This document shows, in pieces, positions 40,006 to 50,945 of a DNA stretch of 64,000 nucleotides. The translations under genes and the position numbers were made by a program. The notes under the pieces are model-generated. The model saw nothing but the letters and a program-made list of their open reading frames with translations, was not told where the DNA came from and did not search any database. How positions within the stretch are numbered: position 1 is the first letter of the stretch; the number at the start of each line of letters is the position of its first letter. Origin of the DNA: Octopus sinensis (lineage: Eukaryota); the NCBI RefSeq assembly GCF_006345805.1, contig NC_043003.1, positions 94,922,001 through 94,986,000 of the forward strand, given 5' to 3'.

Positions 40006-40099
40006 GAAGCACAGTAGTGGTGATTTACACAGTCGCTTAAAATCCAGAAAACTTCTTGGTGTTGGAGAAACTGATGATGGCGACATCCATCGTTCAAAG
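40006..40099 (+). CDS. TP53I11: Internal coding exon of a tumor protein p53-inducible protein 11 (PIG11) homolog
   Basis: Polypyrimidine tract plus ttag acceptor (40004-40005), AAG|gtaaat donor (40100); frame from 40007 reads [31 protein letters not shown] versus human [32 protein letters not shown] (recalled); other exons were not found in the window. Confidence 0.87.
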
Positions 40100-40157
40100 G
40101 TAAATAATTTACACATCTATATTCATTTCTAAATTGTGTATGCATATGTGTGTTTAT

Positions 40158-40700
40158 GAAGGCACATGGCCTAGTGCAGGGGGCTCTGAACCATTTTTTA
40201 TCTATGGACCCCTTTGAATACTATTTTATTCTTGGGGACCCCCATAGCCATTTGATGTTTAGAAACTAATTTTATAGATCCTTCTTTCAAAATTTGTATC
40301 TTGTTTTTCACACTTTAATTTGTGTAAGTTGAATCTTGTAAAACGTTAAGAGAAAGAAAACTAGCTGTTTCTTGCAATACATAGCAATACATACATCTAA
40401 AGCAAAATTTTTTCCAGGGATGCTTAAAATGCTATTATGGATGCTCAATTTACTATTTTGCTGCGTGGACCCCAAAAATCTTATAAGGACCCTCAGGAGC
40501 CATATGGACTCCAATTGAGAATGACTGGCCTAATGGTTAGGATGTTGCACTCATAATTGCAAGATCGTGGTTTCAATTCCTAGATCGGTAGTGCATTATC
40601 TTCTTGAGCAAAATACTTCATTTCACATTGCTCCAGTTCACTGGACTATAAATGGGTAACCCTGCGATGAACTGGCATCTCATTCAGGGGTAGTGTTGGT
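40158..40700 (+). mobile_element. tRNA-derived SINE (family E) split at its A-box by a hAT MITE
   Basis: ggcacatggcctagtg|gttagg...ggtttcaattcc head; cttgagcaaaatacttca and ccctgcgatgaactggcatc..ttcagggg body. Confidence 0.65.
40177..40527 (+). mobile_element. hAT-type MITE
   Basis: CAG...CTG termini; 8-bp TSD gcctagtg/gcctaatg; body shared with the 37062 element. Confidence 0.8.
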
Positions 40701-40705
40701 ATATG

Positions 40706-40892
40706 TGCCATAGCACATAAAAAGCACCTACTACACTCATGGAGTGGTTGGCGTTAGGAAGGGCATCCAGCTGTAGAAACACTGCCAGATCAGACTGGGG
40801 GCCTGGTGCAGTCTCCTGGCTTCCCTGACCCTGGTCGTACCGTCCAACCCATGCTAGCATGGAAAACAGACGTTAAATGATGATTGATGATG
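40706..40892 (+). mobile_element. Family C retroposon 3' part
   Basis: ggagtggttggcgttaggaagggcatccagctgtagaaac ... gttaaatgatgattgatgatg. Confidence 0.85.
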
Positions 40893-41190
40893 CATCTTCA
40901 TGGCCTGTTAGTAAATGAGTTTGACAGTATTTGTATATTAGCCATAGACAAGCAATTCAGTTCAGGCACATGATAGTCATAAGCCACAAAAATGACGAAA
41001 CATTGATGGCCATCACTCCTAAATGGGACATAGTGAGTTGTCTTGCCTGTCTATGATTTTCAGGTGTTTTAACACCGAGCACTCTGAGAAAGCCACATTC
41101 ACTGTGCCAAGCTGCAGCCTCTCAGTGAACAAGAAAAGTACATACATTAATTGAGATATATATGTGTCTGTGTGTGGCGGTGTCTGCGTG

Positions 41191-41841
41191 TATGTATAGT
41201 TTAGGACAATCAGTTGTCATAATAGTACTCAATTTCAAATGCCAGAGCTAAGAGCTATTATGTATTCTCATTGGCTATTAATGGCAATAGACGCTATAAA
41301 AAAAAAATTGAATAAAAAGGAAGTTACTCTAATTGGTAGGAAAAATATAAAAGATAAAAATATCCATATAAAAGAAGGGGGACATGTACATGAAAGTCAC
41401 ACTTACGCACTGGACGCAGTCCTACACTCATGTACATACAATCACACATATATATACTAGCACACTCATACACATTTAATATATGCATACATACATATAC
41501 TCACTTGCACAATCGCACGATTAAAAAAGAAAAAATGAAAAAAATATATATAAAACAATAAAAAATGTTAAGACATATGGAAAGGTTGTACAGGAACACA
41601 GTAAAAATGCAGAGTCTATCCGTGATCTTGGGGCCCCCAAACCATAACAAGTTGCGTGTATTTCTATCTTTTATATTTTTTCCTACCAATTAGAGTAACT
41701 TCCCTTTTATTCATCAGTTTTTTTTTTTATAGTGTCTTTTGCCATTAATAACTGATGAGAATGCATTGTAGCTCTTAGCTCTGGCATTTGAAACACTGAG
41801 TACTATTGTGACAACTTACTGACTGTCCTAAACTGTACATA
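41191..41841 (+). mobile_element. Older Penelope-type fold-back element, ~170-180-bp diverged inverted arms
   Basis: 41191-41361 versus reverse complement of 41659-41841; hammerhead in the arms. Confidence 0.75.
41747..41807 (+). ncRNA. Minimal hammerhead ribozyme motif
   Basis: aataa CTGATGA gaatgc...gcattt GAAAC actga GTA ctatt; the other arm preserves stem I as aatag/ctatt. Confidence 0.7.
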
Positions 41842-41894
41842 TATAAATATCCTCTATTTACCTAATATTGGGGTTTTATTCTTTTGTTGTCAAC

Positions 41895-41947
<53 letters not shown>

Positions 41948-42032
41948 GTTCAAATTTATAGAAAAACAAAGATGAAGACAGGTGTAGGAACAACAAGCGT
42001 CTTAATTTGATGCTCGAGAAAAATGGAAGAGT

Positions 42033-42068
42033 CTTTTATGTTTTGAGCCTATGCTCTTCATCAGAAAG
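42033..42068 (-). ncRNA. Decayed minimal hammerhead motif in a Penelope-type fragment (~41948-42130)
   Basis: cttt CTGATGA a gagc atag gctc AAAACATA aaag; consistent with GAAACGTA after two CpG transitions. Confidence 0.55.
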
Positions 42069-42524
42069 GGATAAGAAGAAATAGAAAGAGAATGAACAAA
42101 AACGTCTTCAGTTCAGTGGTCTAACATGGCATAGATAGATAGTAAATTAGTGGATTTTATACTCAACAACCAATTCTTACATTGAAGTGAAATCTTCATC
42201 ATGTATCTTATTGTCTATTTAAACAGCATGCTTCAATTCCACAAGCGTAATATTACCCCAGTGATAAGTCTGAGTAATTTGCTCAGAGGGTGTGTTGAGC
42301 TACCATCCAGGATTTAAAACAAGAAATCTCCTGTCATACAATGAATTTCTGTAGGAGAATTAGAAGCTCCTTTGCTGGTTGTTTTTATCTTCTGTCATTT
42401 CTGTATTAATTTGTGCTTTTGCATTGATGGCTTGGGTAGTGGTGATGGTTGTGTTACTGGTAATAATGTTGATGGAGTTAACAAGAAATGAAAATCATAA
42501 TATCTGCTTTTAGCTGTTGTTCTT

Positions 42525-42923
42525 TGACCCGTTTTAGTTATTGGCCTGCGGCCATGCTGGGGCACTGCCATCAAGTGTTAAGTCAAACAAATCAATCCCA
42601 ATATTTACTCTTTGGAATATTTTGCCCTTCTTATTCTGTAGGCCTCTTTTGCAAAACTGCTACTTTATGGGGATGTAAACAAACCAATATCGGTTGTCAA
42701 GTAGTAGTGGTGGTTCAGGCAAACACAAAGACATACACGTACACATGTACATATGTGCAACAAGCTTCCACACAGTTTCCATCTGCCAAATTCATTCACA
42801 AGTCATTAATCAGCCCAGAGTTATAGTAGAAGACACCTGCTCATGGTACAGCACTGTAGGACTGAACCCCAAACCTCATGGATAAAAAGTGAGCTTCTTA
42901 ACTACATAGCCATGCCTGCACCT
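42525..42923 (-). mobile_element. SINE family A, diverged
   Basis: gcggccatgctggggcactgcc ... cttcttaactacatagccatgcctgcacct. Confidence 0.8.
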
Positions 42924-43469
42924 ATATGTTCAAGTTGATTTTCTGAACTACTGAATTGCTGTATTTCAGTGGAAAAAGTGCTTTATTCTAAGTCCACTGC
43001 TCTATCTCCATATATTATATTATTTCCTGATACAGGAATCCAATCTCTGATAGAATCTGATTAATTATAATATATGTACAAATTCTTCCTCCATGTTTCT
43101 TTTCTCATGTCCAAAAGTAACATTTGTAAGAGTATGCACCTAAAATGAGTTTCACTATTTAGTTATGTCCTACTTTCTGAGTTTGAATTTCGCTGGTGAT
43201 TAATAGTCAATTAACCAATTAACTACTATTTTATTTACATAAACTCCATTCTTTGCTTTCTCTTATAATTTTATGACCCCATATTCTACCCATTGAAGTA
43301 TTATGTCTTAACAGAACAACTGGAATCTAATAATATAGGGTATAAACACAAAGACAGTATTCATATACAGACCAACTGTGGGTAGAATGCTAAAAATGTC
43401 TTTCATTCTTTCAATTTCCTATAATTCAGACCATCTTTTGGTCCCAGCAGACAAAATGGAAAAGGTGGT

Positions 43470-43760
43470 GGACAGTGAAGGAGATGTGCTGGAACAGCCA
43501 CTCTGACTCACAGGGCTTGCACTTACAGATAATCATCTCCACCCTGAAAGCAGTGAGCATGCGTATGATCTGGGGGCAAGAATGCTGGAGGTCTCCACTA
43601 TCACTGGCTCAACCATAAACCTGTCAGTAAGCGACTGACATTTTGATAGTTTGTTCTTCTCAGCCTGATGAGCAGCAGAACCTGGGCTTGTCATACCATC
43701 AGGTCCTTTATCCTCTGAAGCTCAAGCAGAGAAGGAAAGCCAGCAGTGTCTAGGCCATGC
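43470..43760 (-). mobile_element. Fragment of CRE-like non-LTR retrotransposon (restriction-like endonuclease domain)
   Basis: - strand pieces KGPDGMT, PGSAAHQAEKNKLSKCQSLTDRFMVEPVIVETS and SEWLFQHIS match RPDG...AA..AE..K..KY..L...F.P...ET.G...FL.QRIS. Confidence 0.65.
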
Positions 43761-44654
43761 TTTATGATTTTGTTTAGGGCAGCAAGTATTAGGCATAAAA
43801 TATAAGCCCTGAGGTCAGTTTGTTTGACAAGAACCCTTCAAGACAGTGCTCCACCATGGCTGCTGTCAAATGACTGAAACAAGTAAAAGAATATAAAATA
43901 TGTATGTATATATGTGTGTATGCACATATTCATATGTGTATTTGTTGTAAAACAGTACCTTCAAACTCAGCAATCTCCACTCATGCCAATGTCCACGAAC
44001 CATTTTCATATCTTACAAGAAATAAGTACTAAACACCTTTGAAGGCTATGCCTCTGCATATGATTAAAACCCAGTAAAAGAAGGGAATGGCTCCAGTGAA
44101 AACACATTAACTGTGCAGTGAATAAAGAAATGAATAAATTTACCATTACTCACTGCACTCTTCAAGAACACTAAATGACATTAACATCCTGACATCCCAC
44201 CCAGCAAATCCACATTCTCAACCACACCCAAACACAAATACACACACACACACACACGCACTCCAAAAAATTATTTCTGAAGTATCTCAGTAGCTTTCAC
44301 ATAGTACTTGGATGATATCACAATAAAAAAGAGAGAAAAAATATATTTAAATATATTGTGAGCATTCAGTATTAAAAAATTAGAACTAAATATACAAAAT
44401 TTGATGCCAGATCACTAGTAATATAATCTGTTTTGTCTATTGACATTGTTAGCTCTGCTGGATCCAGAACCAAAAATGATTTATTAAGAATTTTATTGTA
44501 GGACTGCCTGTAACAATGTTCCCAACATAATTACAGCCAACACAGAAAATGCACCACACCCATAGATAGCAAAACAAACAAAACATTACAATTAACTCTT
44601 TTGTTATCATATCTCTGTTGAAGAAACAAATTTATAATTCAGTAAATTAACTTT

Positions 44655-45005
44655 ACGGAGATGTACTCGCATAGCAAGTGATTTGATCTGAGATCGTGTG
44701 CTGGAATGAAAACATTTGCAGCGTGGAAGGTGTTTGTAAGCCATTTAAGAAACACACAAAAGCCGTTCAATTCACTTCAACATTTAAGTTTAATTTGTCA
44801 AAATATTTTCGTCGCTAAAATCCGCGACCTGTTCACTGACAAAAATCCGTGCAAAATCCGAGATGCAGCACGGATTTTTGTCAGTGAACAGGTCGCGGAT
44901 TTTAGCGACGAAAATATTTTGACAAATTAAACTTAAAATGTTGAAGTGAATCGAACGGCTTTTGTGTGTTTCTTAAATGGCTTACAAACACATTCCACGC
45001 TGCAA
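44655..45005. mobile_element. Fold-back element with 137-bp near-perfect inverted arms, inserted in a piggyBac-like MITE
   Basis: 44716-44852 versus 44868-45005 with a 15-nt spacer; hammerhead-like topology in the arms. Confidence 0.8.
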
Positions 45006-45532
45006 TTAAATTAATTTTATCCTCATCAAACTAGTGTTTGGAAACGGAACCAACTTGAAATTCTGAGGGACAGTTTTAATTTACATCACTTTAAAACGGG
45101 AAGTTTTTATCATAGAGCTAGGGGCAGTGTTCAGTGGTTTAGTATCAAAAGGTTCAAATTCAAAAGATCTGGGCATATCAAAAAAACAAATCTCACCAAA
45201 AATGGATGAAATTACAACACCATTTTAAAATCAGTTTTGTTTCAATCCAGTCCAAATAAAACTTGTTTGTGTAACTCATAACTTCCTGCTCAAGACTGTA
45301 GGTTCAGCCATTCCTGAAACAGATGATATCATAAGAATCATACTAACCCTGATTACATTCATTTTGGAGGAAATAGGGAACTCTGTAATGTAAAGATGAT
45401 AATTCTAATCTCTTCTGTCATTTATTCCTATCCTTTAACAGAATTATTACAGAACTGGGCTTTTTTGCATTGAAAATCTTTAGCAGAATGAAATATTAAA
45501 AGTTAAAACATACATATGTACAAACATATATG

Positions 45533-45692
45533 TAGGAGTGGCTGTGTGGTAAGTAGCTTGCTTACGAACCACATGGTTCCAGGTTCAGTCCCACTGCGTG
45601 GCACCTTGGGCAAGTGTCTTCTACTATAGCCTCAGGCCGACCAAAGCCTTTTGAGTGGATTTGGTAGACAGAAACTGAAAGAAGCCCATCGC

Positions 45693-45728
<36 letters not shown>

Positions 45729-45933
45729 ATGTTTGTGTGCCTGTGTTTGTCCCCCCAACATCACTTGACAACTGATGCTGGTGTGTTTACGTCTCCGTAA
45801 CTTAGTGGTTTGGCAAGAGAGACTGATAGAATAAGTACTAGGCTTCCAAAGAATAAGTCATGGGGTCGATTTGCTCGACTAAAGACGGTGCTCCAGCATG
45901 GCCACAGTCAAATGACTGAAACAAATAAAAGAG
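45533..45933 (+). mobile_element. SINE family A, full length, followed by an older partial copy (to ~46075)
   Basis: High similarity to the 37205 and 48145 copies. Confidence 0.92.
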
Positions 45934-46140
45934 TGTGGTTGAGAAATTTGCTTCCCAACTAAGTAGTTTCGAGTTTAGTCCCACCACATGGAACCTTTGG
46001 TGAGTGTCATCTACTATAATCCTTGGCCATCAAAAACCTTGTGAGTAGATTTGATAGACAGAAACTAAAGGAGGCCAAACCTGCATATTTACATATATCC
46101 CAAAGAACCTCCCAAAGTTAGAAACCTCTAATTATTTATG

Positions 46141-46525
46141 TTATTTACATTTGATGGATATTTGTCCTCATCTTGTTTGTTGTTAACACAATGTTTCAGC
46201 TGATATACCCTCTAGCCTTCATCAGGTGTCTCTTAACCACAATGCCACATGCCCATGGGCATATGATGTTGTGGTTAAGAGCGCGGGCTACTAACCCCAA
46301 GATTCCGAATTCGATTCCAGACAGTGACCTGAATAATAACAATAATAATAATAATAATAATAACATCAAAAAATACCTTAGGAATGAGAACCCAGGTTTG
46401 AAATTTCTCCTAGAAAGCTGGAAGGTAATCAGCCAAAACGTGTTAACAACAAAGAAGATGAGGACAAATATCCATCAAATGTAAATAATGTACATAATTC
46501 CTCATCTCTTAAATATAGAACTGTA
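46141..46525 (+). mobile_element. tRNA-headed SINE-like element with a hammerhead-bearing 3' module and an inverted 5' extension
   Basis: tRNA-like head 46257-46330 (A-box, attcgattcc B-box), (AAT)n, 3' module 46417-46488 mirrored at 46141-46216. Confidence 0.75.
46185..46230 (-). ncRNA. Minimal hammerhead ribozyme motif
   Basis: gacac CTGATGA a ggct...agct GAAAC A TT gtgtt; the other arm shows ggctg-like/cagcc stem II and AAACGT. Confidence 0.65.
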
Positions 46526-48144
46526 TCCTCTAATTATTATCCTAGCATAATAAGATTACCGATGAAAACAATCATACAATATTAATATATGTAATAATAC
46601 AAGCAACAAAACCACCATAAAACAAAAACCTTTTAACAAGTTCAACCCTACCTATAAGGACAACTCAGAATAACTAGACCCCAAGATATAAAAGATTCTA
46701 GGCAACAAGCCTGTCAAACATATATTTCCATCATCAGCTGCCAAATGAATATCACTATGATTTCGACTCCTGGGCATTACTATTCAATCAGCCTGTTTCA
46801 ACAACATTAAAAACAAACGCTACATGGAAATCAATAGATGAGTAGCAGGTGGGAAACATTAGAGTTACATGTCCATTTCGTCTGTATGTGCTTATTATTG
46901 CAATGCTAACATCAAATATAAACAAAATTGTATTAAACCTGTAGCTACTATGCATAAAAATTTAAAAGTAGTATATATAAAACAAAGAAATATGTTCCAA
47001 AGAGAACAGTGCTACTTCAAAAACTAGCGAATAAGATAGAACTAGCAAACTAAATGTACTAAGCAAAATTTACTGAACCACTGATACATAACTTGAAAAA
47101 TAATAACAACCGAAGGCATTACTAACCTAGAACTTCAAAGATATAGATTAATTAATTAATGGATATGCTGCTTCCCACTCCATGACACATTCCAAACAGA
47201 AAAGTACACCCAAGACACGCCAAATGTAAACTAGCAAAACTATTTTTGAATCAATGTTCTCAAACCATGTGACATAGAAATAGACTTGCATAGATCAATA
47301 TCTATTAAATATTAATTAAAATTACAGGAAATAAGTCAACCAAATAAATTCCTTATATGAAAACAAAAACATAAAGAAAATGAAATTATAGAGATATGAC
47401 AAAAATTTCCAAACCATAACAAATTACTAACATAAATAAAACAACCAAACTGATTAACTTACAATTTAATCATGAAACTCCAATTGCCTATGACTTGAGA
47501 ACAATTTTCTAAGTAAACTTGTAACTTAATAAACATTATGGAAGGTATTTATCGTAATATTTTCACTGAAAACCTATAAATATTTTTAAAATTACTAAAA
47601 CAAACAAATTGTAACAAAAATATTCTTCATTTAAAATAAACACCACGTGCTTCAAAGAAAATAACAAAAATACTCAGTTATTAAAAAATAATTATTAATT
47701 AACCACAGAAGCAGAATTAATACTGAAAGGTAATATTTACCCCCACTTAAAAGTGGATGTAGTGTTAGAACACAGGATATTGTGATGGTGACCTCGAGAG
47801 AACCTCTCATATGGGCTTTAGGTGCACATAAACACTCTTGTTTATATCACTAGTGGCAGATAAACCACCCATCATCGCCACCACTGTCTTAACACCATTA
47901 TATCTTAACTCTATCACTGTCATAAACCAAAAGACAGTTATCATTCAACAAGTAGAAATCAATACCAACTTCCTAATGAAATAATAAGTGACAACCAACT
48001 CACAATATGTAAAATTGTGAATTAACCTTCACCTTTAAATTTAGACTAATCCCTCCTTAAAACATTTCTCATTTGCAATCTAGAGATCACTGTATATTTT
48101 GAAAATTTCACTAGGTCTCCCCATACAACAATAAAACTTTTATC

Positions 48145-48550
48145 TAGGCGCAGGAGTGGCTGTGTGGTAAGTAGCTTGCTTACAAACCACATGGTTCCGG
48201 GTTCATTCCCACTGCATGGCATCTTGGGCAAGTGTCTTCTACTATAGCCTCGGGCCGACCAAGGCCTTGTGAGTGGATTTGGTAGACGGAAACTGAAAGA
48301 AGCCCGTCGTATATATGTATATGTATTTATGTGTGTGTATATGTTTGTGTCTCTGTGTTTCTCCCCCCCGACATTGCTTGACAACCGATGGTGGTGTGTT
48401 TACGTCCCCGTAACTTAGCGGTTCAGCAAAATAGACCGATAGAATAAGTACTAGGCTTCCAAAGAATAAGTCCTGGGATCGATTAGCTCGACTAAAGGCA
48501 GTGCTCCAGCATGGCCACAGTCAAATGACTGAAACAAGTAAAAGAGAGTA
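48145..48550 (+). mobile_element. SINE family A, full length
   Basis: aggcgcaggagtggctgtgtgg ... gactgaaacaagtaaaagagagta. Confidence 0.92.
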
Positions 48551-48924
48551 CCCTTTTCTTAACGTAATCTTGTTTTTCCATATGTATAAATAATTTTTTT
48601 AATTCTATACAAAAATATTCCTACTTCATGTATAATTCTACTGCATGACACTTTATAACTCATTTGATACCAAGATGAGGAAACACAAACTTATATATGT
48701 GTGTATGTGGTAGCCAATAGCCATAAGGGAGTTTTGAAGTTGTGAGGTTATTATGCATGTGACTCTGTGATAAGAGGCTTGCTCCCCAACCACATGTTTC
48801 TTCTGGGTTCAGTTTCACTGCATTTCACTTTGGGCAAGTGTCTTCTACTTTAACCTCAGGCCATCCAAAGCCTTGTGTGCGGATTTGGTAGACGGAAACT
48901 GTCTGTGTTTGTCCCTCCACCACC

Positions 48925-49152
48925 CATTTCTTTACTACCCACAAGGGGCTAAATACAGAGGGGACAAACAAGGACAGACAAACGGATTAATTCGATTACA
49001 TCGACCCCAGTGCGTAAATGGTACTTATTTAATCGACCCCGAAAGGATGAAAGGCAAAGTCGACCTAGGCGGAATTTGAACTCAGACTGTAACGGCAGAC
49101 GAAATACCGCTAAGCATTTTGCCCGGCGTGCTAACGTTTCTGCCAGCTCGCA
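48925..49152 (-). mobile_element. SINE family B inserted in an older family A copy (~48760-49345)
   Basis: Full family B sequence flanked by direct repeat ccctccaccacc (TSD). Confidence 0.9.
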
Positions 49153-50732
49153 GCCCTCCACCACCACTTGACAACTGGTGTTGGTGTGTTCACGTCCTTG
49201 CAACTTAGTGGTTTGGTAAAAGAGACCGATAAATTAAGCACCAGACTTAAAAGGAAAAGTCAGTGTTGGGGTCAGTTCATTCGGCTAAAAATTCTTCAAG
49301 ACGGTACCCTAGCATAGCTGCAGTCTAATGACTGAAACAAATATAACAATACGTTATCTTTGTGCTTCCTCATCTTAACATCAAGAGATAGTTGTAAACG
49401 AGTGTCACAACCATACAAATGGTGTCCCTTGTTTCTAATCTTCTGTGAAAACTTGTCCAGCCTTAGGGAAATATTACCTTGCTTGGAAGCAGGTGAGGAT
49501 TGGTGACAAGAGCATCTAACCATAGAAAATGTCTCAACAAATTCTGCCTGGCCCCTACAAGTATGGAAAAGTGGACATTTAAACAATGTTGATGACAATA
49601 ATGTTGTGATATGACTAGAATGATCTTGTGTTGATTTCAGTTATGAGTAATTCCAATTGTTCAATCAATGGCGCTTCCTAATTGAATCGCAGTGTAGATG
49701 GATGAGTATTCTACAGCCAACTTGTGCCGTTAGCATAATTTACAGCCATAATAAGCATGACACAATTTGACAAGTTTGGCTCTTTGGTTTACAGCTGCAG
49801 TTCATCATAGTTTCCAACATTCACTTTCAGTATGAAGCCTTTGGTCAGTTCCCACATACATGCACAAACAAAATAGTTAAAGGTGTAACTCCCATATTTG
49901 ACTCATTCAGTGTTGGGTCACCAATTTTCTCCAAAAGCTACCAAAGGAAATCAAGGTTGAGGTCTGCTGGCTGCAGCACTATTTCTGGTCATTCTTATTG
50001 CCAGCACGAATATGGTAAGTTGTATCAAAAGACGGAAACACCAAAAACTAAGGTAGAGGAATGAATGTGTGGCTTAGAAGTTTGCTTTGTAACCACATGG
50101 TTTAGGGTTCTGTCTCACTGTTTAGCACCTTGGGCAAGTATGTTCCATGGTAGCCATGGGTTGACCAATGCTTTGTGAGTACAATTGTAGATGGAAACTA
50201 TATGGAAATCCATCCTACTTGTGTATGTTTTTTGAGCTCCATGTTTCTTTGCATTGGCACTGTTTCAGCAGTGAAGATGTGTTTATGACTTCCATAAATA
50301 AAATGCCTGGCAATGGTTCAACATGCAAAGGAATGGAATAAATATCTTACTTGAAAAACAAGGATTAGTGTCAGGAGGATAGTATCTAAAGGTAGAACAC
50401 TGCCTCAAGAAATTTTGTCCAACTAGTGCTGGTATGGAAAAAGCAGATGTAAAAGCCATGGTGTCAATGATGATAATGATGATGTCACAGAGATGGGGTT
50501 CCAATTGGTATTTTTATTCTGATGATTCACACTGGACCCTAAATCGGTAACCCCACTGCCCGATAGTTATATAAATATTGTTAATGTTATATCCTGGAGT
50601 CACTGGGTGTTTTTGATCTTACAACATACACCTTCATTCATGCAACCTGACTTTGACTGTGTCAAAGTGGTATTCTATTTATCTCACTCATCCACCTCTT
50701 TCAACCAGAGCCATCTTAATTTCTTTTGTCAG

Positions 50733-50945
50733 CAGCAAGCTGGCAGAAACGTTAGCATGCCGGGCGAAATGCTTTGCGGAATTTCGTCTGTCTTTACGTT
50801 CTGAGTTCAAATTCCGCTGAGGTCGACTTTGCTTTTCATCTTTTCAGGGTCGATAAATTAAGTACTAGTTGCGTATTGGAATCGATCTAATCGACTGGCC
50901 CCCCCTCCCAAAATTTTGGGCCTTGTGCCTAGAGTAGAAAAGAAT
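50733..50945 (+). mobile_element. SINE family B (alternative 3' end subtype)
   Basis: gcaagctggcagaaacgttagcatgccgggcg head; ends ccccctcccaaaattttgggccttgtgcctagagtagaaaag. Confidence 0.85.

Noticed and set aside
45197-45313. - strand segment flanked by tttcag and gtgaga splice-like signals
   Set aside because: Stops in all three frames; no support as a coding exon.
46257-46330. tRNA gene (likewise the other SINE heads)
   Set aside because: No proper acceptor stem and embedded in repeats; tRNA-derived heads only.
46560-48100. Possible mitochondrial insertion (A/C-rich strand)
   Set aside because: No mitochondrial protein, rRNA or tRNA motif was recognised; a BLAST search would be needed.
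49690-49995. Faint DLN.LDF.W transposase-like motif on the - strand
   Set aside because: Too degenerate and frameshifted to call without a search.
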